From Candidatus Latescibacterota bacterium (GTDB lineage Bacteria > Latescibacterota > UBA2968), in contig OZ242311.1 of the NCBI GenBank assembly GCA_965207885.1, positions 1,952,001 to 2,016,000 on the forward strand: a stretch of DNA of 64,000 nucleotides, read 5' to 3'. Each line of letters begins with the position of its first letter. The first letter of the stretch is position 1. Positions 1 through 11,698 of the stretch are shown here, piece by piece. A program made the position numbers and the translations under genes. Under the pieces are notes generated by a model, which was given only the letters and a program-made list of their open reading frames with translations, was not told where the DNA came from and did not search any database.

Positions 1-56
1 TTGTTTTTGGCATCTCATCTCGTTATGTTAGGGCAAAACTCTCAAAGGAGGATTCT

Positions 57-3000
57 ATGACCCGACGCGATGCCTTATGGATCGTTTGCTTCCTGATCGC
101 AGGTGCGCTCGGTCTAACCTGTTATATACAGTTTTTTGACCGCGCGCTTCCAGTTGCTTCGCTCAATTTTCGCGTTGATCGCGAACAAGCACATCAGGCT
201 GCCGAAGCGTATCTTAACCACCTGGGTTACGATCTCACAGATTATGAAAGTGCTCAGGTCTTTTCATACTCCAGCCTGCCCCAGGTGTTTCTCGAACGCA
301 CCCTGGGTCTTGAGGAAACCAACCGTCTCGTGCGTGAGTGGGTCTCGGTATGGTATTGGAACATCCGCTGGTTTAAGCCGCTGCAAAAAGAAGAATTGCG
401 CGTGCGTATTGATCCCGGCGGACGCATCGTAGGGTTTACGCATAGTATTCTGGAGTCTGACGAAGGCGCGAGTCTTTCAGAAGAAGATGCCCGCGTTATT
501 GCGGAAGTCTTTCTAACCAATGTGCAGGGCTTTCAACTCGACGATTACGAATCTATCGAAGCGTCGAGTATTGAGCGCCCCAATCGAATGGATCACACTT
601 TTACTTACCGCAAAAAAGATTTTGTTGTGGGCGATGATGGGCACTACCGTTTGCGCGTTACGGTTAAGGGCGACAAAGCGGGTTATTTTGCCGAATATCT
701 CAAAGTGCCCGAAACTTTTTCGCGCAATTATCGAGAAATTCGCTCGCGTGCGGGCCTGCTCACCAATATTGCTTCGGTTTTCTTTTTTGCGCTGGGTATC
801 GCAATGGTTGTCGTGCTCGTGCGTAAATATCGCCAGCACACATTGATATGGCATGCTGCTCTTGGCGTGGGTATTCTCGTGGCTGCTACCAGTTTCCTCG
901 GTGCCGTCAATGGGTATCCGCTCACGCGCTTCGGTTACGATACCACGCAGTCATTTGTTTCTTTTATTCTCACCTTTATCTTCGGCGGTCTGTTGAGTGC
1001 AGTGCTGAGCGGGGTTATTATCGCGTTGTCCGGTACAGCCGGGGGGGCTGCCGCTCAGGATGTGGAAGGCTGGAAAAATCCGCTCGCGCGTCTGTCTCTG
1101 CGGGGCTGGCGATCTGCGAATTTTGCGCATGTCACCCTTGTCGGTTATGGGCTTGCATTTGCCCATCTGGGATACGTCACCATCTTTTACATTTTGGGCA
1201 ATGATTATCTGGGGGTCTGGTCTCCCGCGGCGATGACACAGTACAGCAATACGTATAGTACTTACTTGCCGTGGATTTATCCCCTGCTTATCGGTCTTCT
1301 CGCTGCGACGATGGAAGAATTTTTCTTCCGCCTACTCGCCATTTCCCTGCTCATTAGGTATCTAAAAAAGACCTGGTTGGCCGTGCTCATTCCCGCGATT
1401 GTGTGGGCCTTTTTGCACGCGAATTATCCGCAGGAGCCTATTTATATTCGCGGTCTTGAACTCACAGTAGTCGGCGTTATCTTTGGCATTGTGTTTTTGC
1501 GCTACGGTGTTTGGGCAACGATTATTTCGCATTATGTGTACAATTGCTTTCTCGGCATTTATCCTATGGTGCAGTCCGATAGTCTCTACTTCAAGGTCTC
1601 GGGTATTCTGGCGGTTGCGATTATCTTTATTCCTGCCATTCCCGCTATTTTTGGCGTGATTACGGGGCGCTATAAAGAGATTGAGGAACCCGAGGAGGTT
1701 TCGCCCCCTGAACCGCCAGAGGCGCCAGTATCCGAAACACCGATTTCCGAACCCGAACCACCCGCTGAACCCGAGGTCGAACGCAAAACCCTTTCGGATT
1801 ATCTCATTCCCAAAAGTGGTCTCGTCGTTTTTGGCGTTCTGGGGCTGATCGGTTGGTCCGTGTATTTTATATCCGACCTCCCGGGATTTGCCAAATACGC
1901 CCGCGAGTCCATGATCACACGGGCCGAGGCGATTGAGAAGGCAGAGGACATCCGGCGTCAACTCGGGCTCGATCTCGAAAGTTATCAACGCACCACGTCA
2001 TTTTCCAGTGGTTTTGGATCTGGCCATTTTACACATCTTATCCGAAATGTCGATCTGGCGCGTGCGGACACGCTCGCTGCTGAGCATACAGCTTCGTGGC
2101 GCTGGAGGGTGCGCTGGTTCAAACCTCTGGAAAAGGAAGAACTCACCATCAGTATTGATGGCAATGGCGATTTATGTCGCATATCGCATTATGTCCCCGA
2201 AAATCGGGAAGGCGCAGAACTCAGTACGGAAGAAGCGCAAAAGATCGCCGAGGTCTTTCTATCCGAATATTTACAGCGCGATGTGACAGATACTGCTCTT
2301 TACAAACGCCTTGAAGCTCGTTCGCAAAAACGCGAAAACAGAATGGACCACAGTTTTGTGTGGGAGCGCACGGATATCAAAGTTGAAGAGGGAGAATTTC
2401 GCATTATTGCCTCTGTACAGGGCGATCAAATCGGTCAGACAAACGCATACTACAAAGCACCCGAAGAGTTTTTGCGCAAATTGCGCGAACGCACGGCCAA
2501 AATTACCATTGTCTCTACTGTCTCGACAATCGCAGTTATTGTTACGGCTGTGCTCGCCATTATTTTCTTTTTACGCGCCTATCGCGATGGACATGTCAAC
2601 TGGCAGTTGCCCATTCGCGTTGGCATTCTATCTGGTGTGTGCTTTGTACTCGCAACACTCAATAATCTGCCTGCGTTCTACGCAGGTTATAATACCAGTG
2701 AAGCAATGAGTACTTTTCTCGGAGATAAACTCATTGGCTTCGTCATAGGACTTGTTACTGCTGCGATCATGGTTTTTTTACTTTGTGCGTTTGGCGATAC
2801 GATGTATCGCCGTGAACGCCCCCGTGAGATGCAAATTTCCGATTGGATCAATGTGCTCCGCCTTAAGATAAATAGCGGGGCACTCTGGTGGCAGGTTGCC
2901 TTTCTGGTCGTATGCTGTTTGGGTATTGCCAGGGGGAATGGCATTTTTTCGTCTTATATCAATTTCACCTATCTCGGCGATTATCTCGTCGCAGGTGGTG

Positions 3001-3455
3001 GTAGGCCCCCTGAAATCAATAGCTATTTCCCCGCATTTGGGGAACTAATCGACGAAGTCAACGGTATGCTCATAGCTCCCTTTGCCATTCTGGGTATTCT
3101 GTTTGTCTGGTGGCGCGTGATAGGCAAGATAAATCTGGTTATTCTCGGCGTATTGCTCGTGCTTATCTTTCAATCGGTGATCTCGCCAGCAAAAGACTTT
3201 TACCACGCGGGCATTCTTCTCGCCAAAAGCATCCCATATTGGGTGATTATGGCTTTCCTCATTTTGAAGTATATTCGCTTCAATCTGCTCTTTTATGCCG
3301 TGATGGCCTGGTGTTCAATTATTTTTGTTGGCATTCGCTATCTCAAATACGATCCCGGTATTTACCAGATCAATGGCACTCTCATGATCCTCTTTGGCCT
3401 CGTTCCCCTCATTCTCGCCGTTCTCGCATGGTACAAAGCGCGATCCTCTGTGTAG
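57..3455 (+). CDS. Large CPBP (Abi/CAAX-protease-like) intramembrane glutamic endopeptidase with duplicated extracytoplasmic domain
   Basis: 1132-aa ORF with RBS GAGGA; CPBP motifs EEFFFR, WAFLH, SHYVYN; many TM segments; two copies of W.W..RWFKPL.KEE..V.ID..G; Pro/Glu linker. Confidence 0.8.
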   Translation: MTRRDALWIVCFLIAGALGLTCYIQFFDRALPVASLNFRVDREQAHQAAEAYLNHLGYDLTDYESAQVFSYSSLPQVFLERTLGLEETNRLVREWVSVWYWNIRWFKPLQKEELRVRIDPGGRIVGFTHSILESDEGASLSEEDARVIAEVFLTNVQGFQLDDYESIEASSIERPNRMDHTFTYRKKDFVVGDDGHYRLRVTVKGDKAGYFAEYLKVPETFSRNYREIRSRAGLLTNIASVFFFALGIAMVVVLVRKYRQHTLIWHAALGVGILVAATSFLGAVNGYPLTRFGYDTTQSFVSFILTFIFGGLLSAVLSGVIIALSGTAGGAAAQDVEGWKNPLARLSLRGWRSANFAHVTLVGYGLAFAHLGYVTIFYILGNDYLGVWSPAAMTQYSNTYSTYLPWIYPLLIGLLAATMEEFFFRLLAISLLIRYLKKTWLAVLIPAIVWAFLHANYPQEPIYIRGLELTVVGVIFGIVFLRYGVWATIISHYVYNCFLGIYPMVQSDSLYFKVSGILAVAIIFIPAIPAIFGVITGRYKEIEEPEEVSPPEPPEAPVSETPISEPEPPAEPEVERKTLSDYLIPKSGLVVFGVLGLIGWSVYFISDLPGFAKYARESMITRAEAIEKAEDIRRQLGLDLESYQRTTSFSSGFGSGHFTHLIRNVDLARADTLAAEHTASWRWRVRWFKPLEKEELTISIDGNGDLCRISHYVPENREGAELSTEEAQKIAEVFLSEYLQRDVTDTALYKRLEARSQKRENRMDHSFVWERTDIKVEEGEFRIIASVQGDQIGQTNAYYKAPEEFLRKLRERTAKITIVSTVSTIAVIVTAVLAIIFFLRAYRDGHVNWQLPIRVGILSGVCFVLATLNNLPAFYAGYNTSEAMSTFLGDKLIGFVIGLVTAAIMVFLLCAFGDTMYRRERPREMQISDWINVLRLKINSGALWWQVAFLVVCCLGIARGNGIFSSYINFTYLGDYLVAGGGRPPEINSYFPAFGELIDEVNGMLIAPFAILGILFVWWRVIGKINLVILGVLLVLIFQSVISPAKDFYHAGILLAKSIPYWVIMAFLILKYIRFNLLFYAVMAWCSIIFVGIRYLKYDPGIYQINGTLMILFGLVPLILAVLAWYKARSSV

Positions 3456-3458
3456 GAG

Positions 3459-4682
3459 GTGTCTGTGACCCCTATCCGCACGGCCTGGCCGACTTCGGTA
3501 GCGGAGGAGGCTTACTGGCAGTCGATTCGCAAGGAGTACATGATTGCGCCGGATGAAGTTTATCTCAATACTGGCTCTTTTGGTTCACAGCCCAGACCCG
3601 TGTTTGAGAAGATGTTGGAAATATTGGAGGATGTTGAACGCAACCCTACGCGACATCGGGCGGAATATAACAGCGTAGTAGATAACTCTCGTGCCCACCT
3701 GGCAGCGTTTATCAATGCGCCAGCAGAGGATATTGCTTTTGCCACCAATGTTACTATGGCTATCAACATGGTGGTGCATGGGCTGGATTGGCGGCCAGGC
3801 GATGAAATTCTGGCTTCAAATCAGGAGTACGGCGCGATTGACAACTGTCTGCATCTGGCAGAGCACCGCTATGGCGTGGTGGTCAAGCGCGCCCAGATTC
3901 CTATACCTCCCGAGCACCCAGAAGATATTCTGAATGCTTTTGAAAGTGAATTTACAGACCGCACCAGACTGGTTTTTTGCAGCCATATCACCACCCGCAC
4001 GGGGCTGATCACTCCGATTAGAGCACTGACCCGACTGGCACACGATCGCGGTGCGCTGATTGCAGTAGATGGCGCGCACGCTCCTGGGATGATTCCACTG
4101 AACTTGCGGGATCTCGGTTGTGATTTTTACGGCGGCAATTGTCACAAATGGCTTTGTGCGCCCAAAGGCACTGGTTTTCTTTATGCATCATCGTCAATGC
4201 AAGAACGACTCAATCACGTTGTTGTGAGTTGGGGATATAGCCAGGAAGGCGCGAGGAGGGGGACAGACGGCATTTTGCGGATTAATGACCGTCCGTTTAT
4301 GTGGGGTATTGAAAACTGGGGCACTCGAGACCAGGCCTGTTTTGCATCGGTGAGCGCAGCGGTTGAATTTCAAGAGGCGGTTGGCAAAAAGCGGATTCGA
4401 GAACGGGGGCAGCAACTGGCGGCGTACTTGCGGGATCGTTTGGCTACAACTGGTTGGGCAAAATTGCTTACGCCTTCTGTGCCAGATCTATCTGGATTGA
4501 TCTCGGCTTTTCATCTTTCTGGATTTGACGACCTGGATCTTCTTTATGAGCGATATCGGATTACTGTGCCGACTGCAAAGAGCGATGGTGTTTACTGGAT
4601 GCGCGTTTCTACCCATATCTGCAATGGCTTTGATCATGTAGATCGTTTGATAGATGCGTTATATGAAGAAAGAGATGCCTGA
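3459..4682 (+). CDS. PLP-dependent aminotransferase class V (isopenicillin N epimerase/cysteine desulfhydrase-like)
   Basis: YLNTGSFG, VDGAHAPG, GNCHKWLCAPKGTG (PLP lysine), RVSTH; GTG start after AGGAG. Confidence 0.85.
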   Translation: MSVTPIRTAWPTSVAEEAYWQSIRKEYMIAPDEVYLNTGSFGSQPRPVFEKMLEILEDVERNPTRHRAEYNSVVDNSRAHLAAFINAPAEDIAFATNVTMAINMVVHGLDWRPGDEILASNQEYGAIDNCLHLAEHRYGVVVKRAQIPIPPEHPEDILNAFESEFTDRTRLVFCSHITTRTGLITPIRALTRLAHDRGALIAVDGAHAPGMIPLNLRDLGCDFYGGNCHKWLCAPKGTGFLYASSSMQERLNHVVVSWGYSQEGARRGTDGILRINDRPFMWGIENWGTRDQACFASVSAAVEFQEAVGKKRIRERGQQLAAYLRDRLATTGWAKLLTPSVPDLSGLISAFHLSGFDDLDLLYERYRITVPTAKSDGVYWMRVSTHICNGFDHVDRLIDALYEERDA

Positions 4683-4692
4683 ATTGTTGTGT

Positions 4693-6486
4693 TTAAGAAT
4701 TTACTTCATGAAATCCTCTGGGCAAATCTTCTCCCTTTACAAGTGCGGCTTTCAATGCGCGTGAGTGCTGACAATTACCTCTGTATTGAAATCCGCGGCA
4801 TGCACAGGACACGTCGTTTCCATCTACTTCTAATTCGTAAAAAGCCCCCGGCCGTGATGAACTCTCCGCGCGATACTTTGTAATTTTGGGTCCACTCAAT
4901 ACCCGCGCCAAAATCTCAATGGCTTCTTGCGATGGTTGTTGGCGTTCAACCGGTTCACCTGTGCCAAATGCCTCTGCATGCGCTTCCCGGAAGGTTGCGC
5001 TTGCCTCGCGCAACACTTCGCCCACTTGTGCGCTGTCTATGTCCCTGAGCAAGGCATCTACTCTGGGTTGTAACACGTTCATAATGCGTCGCATTTCACC
5101 CATTACATCGCGATGGAAGTCTTCGGGCAGTGCGCGGCCTTCTACCATTTGATCAATCAAATCCGCTTTTGTTTCCAGTACTGTGCGTACAAATGTATCG
5201 ACTGTATCACGTCCAACCATGTACGTCACATTTACCATACCCGTCTGCCCAATGCGATAAGCCCGATCTTCGGCTTGCCAGTGATTGACGGGTACCCAGT
5301 CCAGATCGTTAAAAATGACCTGGCGAGCCGCTGTCAGGTTTAGCCCCACGCCGCCTGCTGTGATATTTGCCAGCAATAATCGCACGTCATCGTCTTCCTG
5401 AAACCGATCCGCCCTTTCTTGTCGTTGTGCTACCGGCACTTCACCTGTGATGACCACGGCCTGGTCGCCGAATTTTGTTTTTAAAATTTCCAGTGGGCGC
5501 AAGAAGCACGAAAATACTATCGCTTTTTCTCCTTGATCCACCACATTCTCTACAAAGGGCAATGTCGTTCGCACTTTGGAAGTTGCCAATCGAAGTCTTG
5601 CCCTTGTCAACTGTCCCAGCGCGCGTCCCCGGTCTTCAGATGACGAGGATTCCTCCAAAGCCTCTCGCACTCCTCGCCGAGAGTATTTTTGTAGCAGTTC
5701 CAGGACGGCTGTGCTCATTCGATGCGCGACTCTACTCGATACATCTACATCCAACCACGTCCGTATCTTGGGTGGCAAATCCAGGACCTGATTCTTTGTC
5801 CGCCGCAGCATAATTCCGTGTAAATGTACAGTTAATTCTTCGATATTACTCGCGCCATCTGTTACCCATCCGTATTCCCCTTTATACGCATCGCAATACC
5901 GTTTTGCAAATCCCATAAAACTGCGTCCCAGGGCGTGTCGAGCAAGTTGTAGCAATGGAAAAAGATCTCTTGGCCGACTTGTCAAGGGCGTGCCCGTCAA
6001 GATATGCACTACTGTCTCTTCGGGCAATTGCCTCACCAGTTGCATAGAAAATTTGTGCCGCTGACTGCGGTGGTTTTTCAAATAATGCGCCTCGTCAAAG
6101 ACAACGCCTTTCCATTCCAGTGTACATAACGCATTGATGTGTTTGCCCAGGATATCGTAATTGACAATCGCCCAGCCCTCAAACCCAGCCTCGGGGGGAT
6201 CGTCCGGTCCAATAATCCATGTCTGTACACGGGGTAGAACAACCGCAATTTCTCTCGCCCAATTGCGCTTCACTGTTGCCGGGCAAATCACCAGATACGG
6301 TCCCTGAGGTTCGGTTTGTGACATCGCTATTACGGACTGTCGCGTTTTGCCCAGTCCCATGTCATCGGCTAAGATCGACCGCCGACGCCCCATCAAAAAC
6401 GCTATCCCCTCTACCTGATGTGGATATAGTCCTTTGGCAATATCTGTTGCGCGGTTGAGTATTCCTGTGTCGAATGTTTCAGCCAT
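4693..6486 (-). CDS. SNF2-family helicase/translocase with C-terminal SWIM zinc finger
   Basis: LADDMGLGKT, DEAH, LTGTP, GLNL, QAEDRAYRIGQ; C-terminal CACRGFQYRGNCQH; start moved to MAETFD (6486) because the upstream extension is an AT-rich intergenic tract. Confidence 0.9.
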   Translation of the reverse strand: MAETFDTGILNRATDIAKGLYPHQVEGIAFLMGRRRSILADDMGLGKTRQSVIAMSQTEPQGPYLVICPATVKRNWAREIAVVLPRVQTWIIGPDDPPEAGFEGWAIVNYDILGKHINALCTLEWKGVVFDEAHYLKNHRSQRHKFSMQLVRQLPEETVVHILTGTPLTSRPRDLFPLLQLARHALGRSFMGFAKRYCDAYKGEYGWVTDGASNIEELTVHLHGIMLRRTKNQVLDLPPKIRTWLDVDVSSRVAHRMSTAVLELLQKYSRRGVREALEESSSSEDRGRALGQLTRARLRLATSKVRTTLPFVENVVDQGEKAIVFSCFLRPLEILKTKFGDQAVVITGEVPVAQRQERADRFQEDDDVRLLLANITAGGVGLNLTAARQVIFNDLDWVPVNHWQAEDRAYRIGQTGMVNVTYMVGRDTVDTFVRTVLETKADLIDQMVEGRALPEDFHRDVMGEMRRIMNVLQPRVDALLRDIDSAQVGEVLREASATFREAHAEAFGTGEPVERQQPSQEAIEILARVLSGPKITKYRAESSSRPGAFYELEVDGNDVSCACRGFQYRGNCQHSRALKAALVKGEDLPRGFHEVNS

Positions 6487-6512
6487 AGAGACGACCTGTT
6501 TGGTGAATTTAG

Positions 6513-8084
<1,572 letters not shown>

Positions 8085-8106
8085 GCTATCTGTTTTAGTA
8101 CATGAC

Positions 8107-8145
8107 AAAGCGCTGTGCAGAAGTGATCTGCACAGCGCTTTTTTG
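8107..8145. terminator. Intrinsic terminator between convergent ilvC and RND gene
   Basis: AAAGCGCTGTGCAG-7 nt loop-CTGCACAGCGCTTT followed by a T tract. Confidence 0.85.
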
Positions 8146-8166
8146 TTAGGTGTTGGTGCGATTCAG

Positions 8167-11100
8167 TCAGGCCCTTTTTGCCACGGCTACAATCCGCTTT
8201 GTATATCCCGACAGGTCGTCCATGAGCGAATATATGGTGGGCAAGATGACGAGCGTGAGGATGGTAGAGATCGAGAGGCCAGAGATAATGACCAGACCAA
8301 TTGGTCCCCAGCGCCTGGCATTGCCTTCGGCATTGCCGTAAATCATCGGGATAACCAGCGGCGTAAGCCCCAGGATGGTCGTGGTTGCTGTCATCAAAAT
8401 GGGACGCAGGCGATCCTGTCCGCCGCGCAAGATCGCATCTCTGCGATATAGCCCTTGTTTGCGATAGCGATTGATGTGGTCGATTAATACAATGCCGTTG
8501 TTGACCACAATGCCAAACAAGATGAGCAATCCATAGGTCGCATTGCTGTCCAGCGCTATGCCAAATATGTAAAGTCCCAATGCGACACCTATAAACGCAA
8601 AACTGATCGAAAACATGATGGTAAATGGATGGATGTACGATTCAAATAGCGATGCCATGATCAGATAAATGAGTAGTGCCGCGAAAATCATAGTGAAATT
8701 CGTTTCGCCCTCTTCTGAAGCCATATAGCGGAATCGTCGATCCATCTGCCAACTATACCCCTGGGGCAATGGGATGGCATCCATGCGGTCGCGCATTTCA
8801 TAACCGACCGTTTGGACTTCGGATGCTTCCGTGTTTGCGAACACGGTTACGGTTGACATCCGATCCTGGCGTTCAATGGATCGGGGACCTTTGGTCAATT
8901 CAAAATCGGCCAGGCTGGCAAATGCAATCATATTGCCCCGGTTGTTTTCAAAAGAGAGGGTTTTGAGTTGATCCAGCGTGGCGCGGTCCTCTTCTCGCAA
9001 TTGCAGCGCAATATCGATTTCTCCATCCGGCGTTTTGAATTTGCTATTTCCGCGCGCTCCCAATGCCGTGGCAACAGTTGTAGCTATTTGCTGCGGTGAC
9101 AGGCCGTATTGTTGCGCGCGTTCTCTCCTCACCGAGACCCTGATTTCTTCTGTGCCACTTTCCAGGCTGGTTTCCACGTCGTGAATGCCCTCGATATCGT
9201 CCATTCGCAGCCGAATATCTTCAGCCAGGATAGCCAGTACTTCGGGATTTCGCCCTTTGATTTCTACCCCGACGCCCGTGCCACTGCTACCACCACGCCT
9301 GAAGCCCGCCTTAAAACGCACGCCCGGGATGTCTTTGGGCAGCAAAGCACTTACCTTTTTTTTCACATCATCTGTGCTCAATGGGCTTTCTTCGACGGGT
9401 TTTAAGTACAAATAGATCGTATTGCCGCGTCGGGTGCTAAATCGCGTTTTTATCGCTTCGATATCCAGTTCTTCCTTTTGCGGGATGATAATGGCTTCGA
9501 TTTGTTTGAAAAGCGCGAGTGCGTCGTCGATATCGTACGTTCGCGGCATTTCCACCATATAGCCCACCATTCGGTCGGGTTGATAGCGATAGCGCTGTAC
9601 TTCAATTTTGGTGAAAATGTATATGCCGCCAAATAGGATAAATATAGCGACGACAACGGTGGTCCAGCGATAGTGCAGGGTTGTGCTAATTACGCGCGTG
9701 TAAACACCTTTGAGACCAAGATGTCGAAAGCGAAAATAGAAATAGCCGGTTGTGGCGACGAATGCGCCCAGCACGATCCACACGGCTATTGGCACGGTTG
9801 AAAGCCCGCCTAAAACCCACAGAGTACTATCTTTGAGCCAGTTGGCCGATTCGACAATGCCTTCCTGGTAAATGAGATACGCAGCGCCTGTGGCGAATAA
9901 AGTGCCCAATCCAATTTTTAAGAAGAGATCAACGCGATTACCCGCATTTGAAAATGCCCGAGAGCAGGCCAGGGGTATGAGTGTTAAAGCCACGCATAGT
10001 GCGGCTACGACTGCAATGCACACGGTGATGGCAAAATCGCGCATCCACATTGTATTGTACGATCCAGAAATAAAGATGAGGGGTACAAATACACATATTG
10101 TCGTCAGTGCCGCCGCCAGTACGGGTATGCCGATTTCGCGGCTGCCCTCAATTGCTGCGGTTCGCGTGCCATCGCCGACATCAAAACGCCTGCGATAAAT
10201 ATTTTCCAGAGCCACGACCGCTGGATCGACCAGCATCCCAATGGCGACCATCAGACCCATCATCGAGATCATGTTCAGCGTAATAGTCGATCCAAATACT
10301 TGCCGCATCAGATACATGATCATAAAAACGCACAATACCGAAATGGGAATGGCCGACCCCACAATGAGCGTGCTGCGGAAGTTTCGCAAAAACACAAAAA
10401 TGATGCCAATAGCCAGCATGCCTCCCAACATGGCGGATTGCCCCAGGCTGGTAATGCCCCTTACCACTGCTTCTGATTGGTCTCGACGTAAGTGCAATCG
10501 CAATTTGTCGCGCCCAATTTCATCTTGAAGAGCGTCTAACTCTGCCCGAACCAGCCGGCAGGTTTCTACCAGATTGGCTGTCGAGGTTTTGCGAATTTCC
10601 ATAGAGACCACATCGCGCCCGTCCATGCGTTCAAAATATCGCTTTTCAGGATAGTCGTAACTCACCTGCGCCACATCTTTTATTTCCAGACCATTGGGAA
10701 GCGTGAGATCGCGTATTTGATCCACTTCGTCAAATTCGCCCACTGTCCGAACAGCGAGGCGTTTGTCGCCTTCGGTGACGTAACCGCCAGAAATATTGAT
10801 GTTGTTGAAGCGAATCGTTCTGTTGAGGGTGCGGATATCTAAGCCATGGGCATGCATGCGATTTTTATCGACATCGACTCGGAGTATTCTTTCATCGGCA
10901 CCTTCCATTTCGACATTGCCCACCCCGGGGATGCGTTGCAAGCGCGGTAAGATTGTGTTTTTATACACTGTGACGAGTTCAGATTGATTATCGCCCAGCC
11001 AGATCATATTGTAGTCCAGAATTTCCCAATCCGACGAGTCCCATCTGCGCATCTCAATGCGTTCGAGGTCTTCGGGAAGTCTGCCGCGAACTTGATCGAC

Positions 11101-11433
11101 GCGATCTCGCACCTGAATAGATTTGAGATCCATATCGGTACCGTAGTCAAATTCCATGAACACATAACCCCGACTGTCATAGGATCGCGCGCGGAGTGAC
11201 TCAATGCCGGGAATCGTGCCCAGCATCTCTTCCATTGGCTTGGTAATTTTCTTTTGGATCTCTTCGGGCGATGACGAGGGATATGTATAGCTCACATACA
11301 TCCTGGGATACTGCAAGTCGGGCGCGTATTCGAGCGGCAATCTGAATAGGGAAATAAAACCCATGACTATGAGACTGAGCGCTATCATTACAGCAGTAAT
11401 GGGTTTTTTGATCGCGTATTCCGAGAGTTTCAT
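8167..11433 (-). CDS. RND efflux transporter permease (AcrB/AcrD/AcrF family)
   Basis: 1088 aa; SPEEIQKKITKPME, GMLVDPAVVALENIYR, GIVVNNGIVLID, RLRPILMTATTTILGL. Confidence 0.93.
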   Translation of the reverse strand: MKLSEYAIKKPITAVMIALSLIVMGFISLFRLPLEYAPDLQYPRMYVSYTYPSSSPEEIQKKITKPMEEMLGTIPGIESLRARSYDSRGYVFMEFDYGTDMDLKSIQVRDRVDQVRGRLPEDLERIEMRRWDSSDWEILDYNMIWLGDNQSELVTVYKNTILPRLQRIPGVGNVEMEGADERILRVDVDKNRMHAHGLDIRTLNRTIRFNNINISGGYVTEGDKRLAVRTVGEFDEVDQIRDLTLPNGLEIKDVAQVSYDYPEKRYFERMDGRDVVSMEIRKTSTANLVETCRLVRAELDALQDEIGRDKLRLHLRRDQSEAVVRGITSLGQSAMLGGMLAIGIIFVFLRNFRSTLIVGSAIPISVLCVFMIMYLMRQVFGSTITLNMISMMGLMVAIGMLVDPAVVALENIYRRRFDVGDGTRTAAIEGSREIGIPVLAAALTTICVFVPLIFISGSYNTMWMRDFAITVCIAVVAALCVALTLIPLACSRAFSNAGNRVDLFLKIGLGTLFATGAAYLIYQEGIVESANWLKDSTLWVLGGLSTVPIAVWIVLGAFVATTGYFYFRFRHLGLKGVYTRVISTTLHYRWTTVVVAIFILFGGIYIFTKIEVQRYRYQPDRMVGYMVEMPRTYDIDDALALFKQIEAIIIPQKEELDIEAIKTRFSTRRGNTIYLYLKPVEESPLSTDDVKKKVSALLPKDIPGVRFKAGFRRGGSSGTGVGVEIKGRNPEVLAILAEDIRLRMDDIEGIHDVETSLESGTEEIRVSVRRERAQQYGLSPQQIATTVATALGARGNSKFKTPDGEIDIALQLREEDRATLDQLKTLSFENNRGNMIAFASLADFELTKGPRSIERQDRMSTVTVFANTEASEVQTVGYEMRDRMDAIPLPQGYSWQMDRRFRYMASEEGETNFTMIFAALLIYLIMASLFESYIHPFTIMFSISFAFIGVALGLYIFGIALDSNATYGLLILFGIVVNNGIVLIDHINRYRKQGLYRRDAILRGGQDRLRPILMTATTTILGLTPLVIPMIYGNAEGNARRWGPIGLVIISGLSISTILTLVILPTIYSLMDDLSGYTKRIVAVAKRA

Positions 11434-11527
11434 AAATGGGCCTCAAAGGGGCAAAAATTGAAGGTTGAAGTAAGATGTGAGACGCGATTCGCAGGGTGCG
11501 TCTATCAGAGACTGAGACAGATTTCGC

Positions 11528-11545
11528 TAAGTAACCATTTACTTA
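11528..11545. promoter_or_regulatory. Palindromic operator-like site in the divergent RND/aldolase intergenic region
   Basis: TAAGTAA-CCAT-TTACTTA, perfect 7-bp inverted repeat. Confidence 0.35.
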
Positions 11546-11698
11546 CTTACGGATAATATACCACATTTCGCCGCAAAAGCAACCATAGTTTTTTAAAAAT
11601 TTTACCGTTACAGAAAAGACTTGCGATTTTGTTTTAATAGATATTTCATGCTGAAGTCTGGGTCATAATCACACATTCACTTTCCAAAGGAGACTTCC

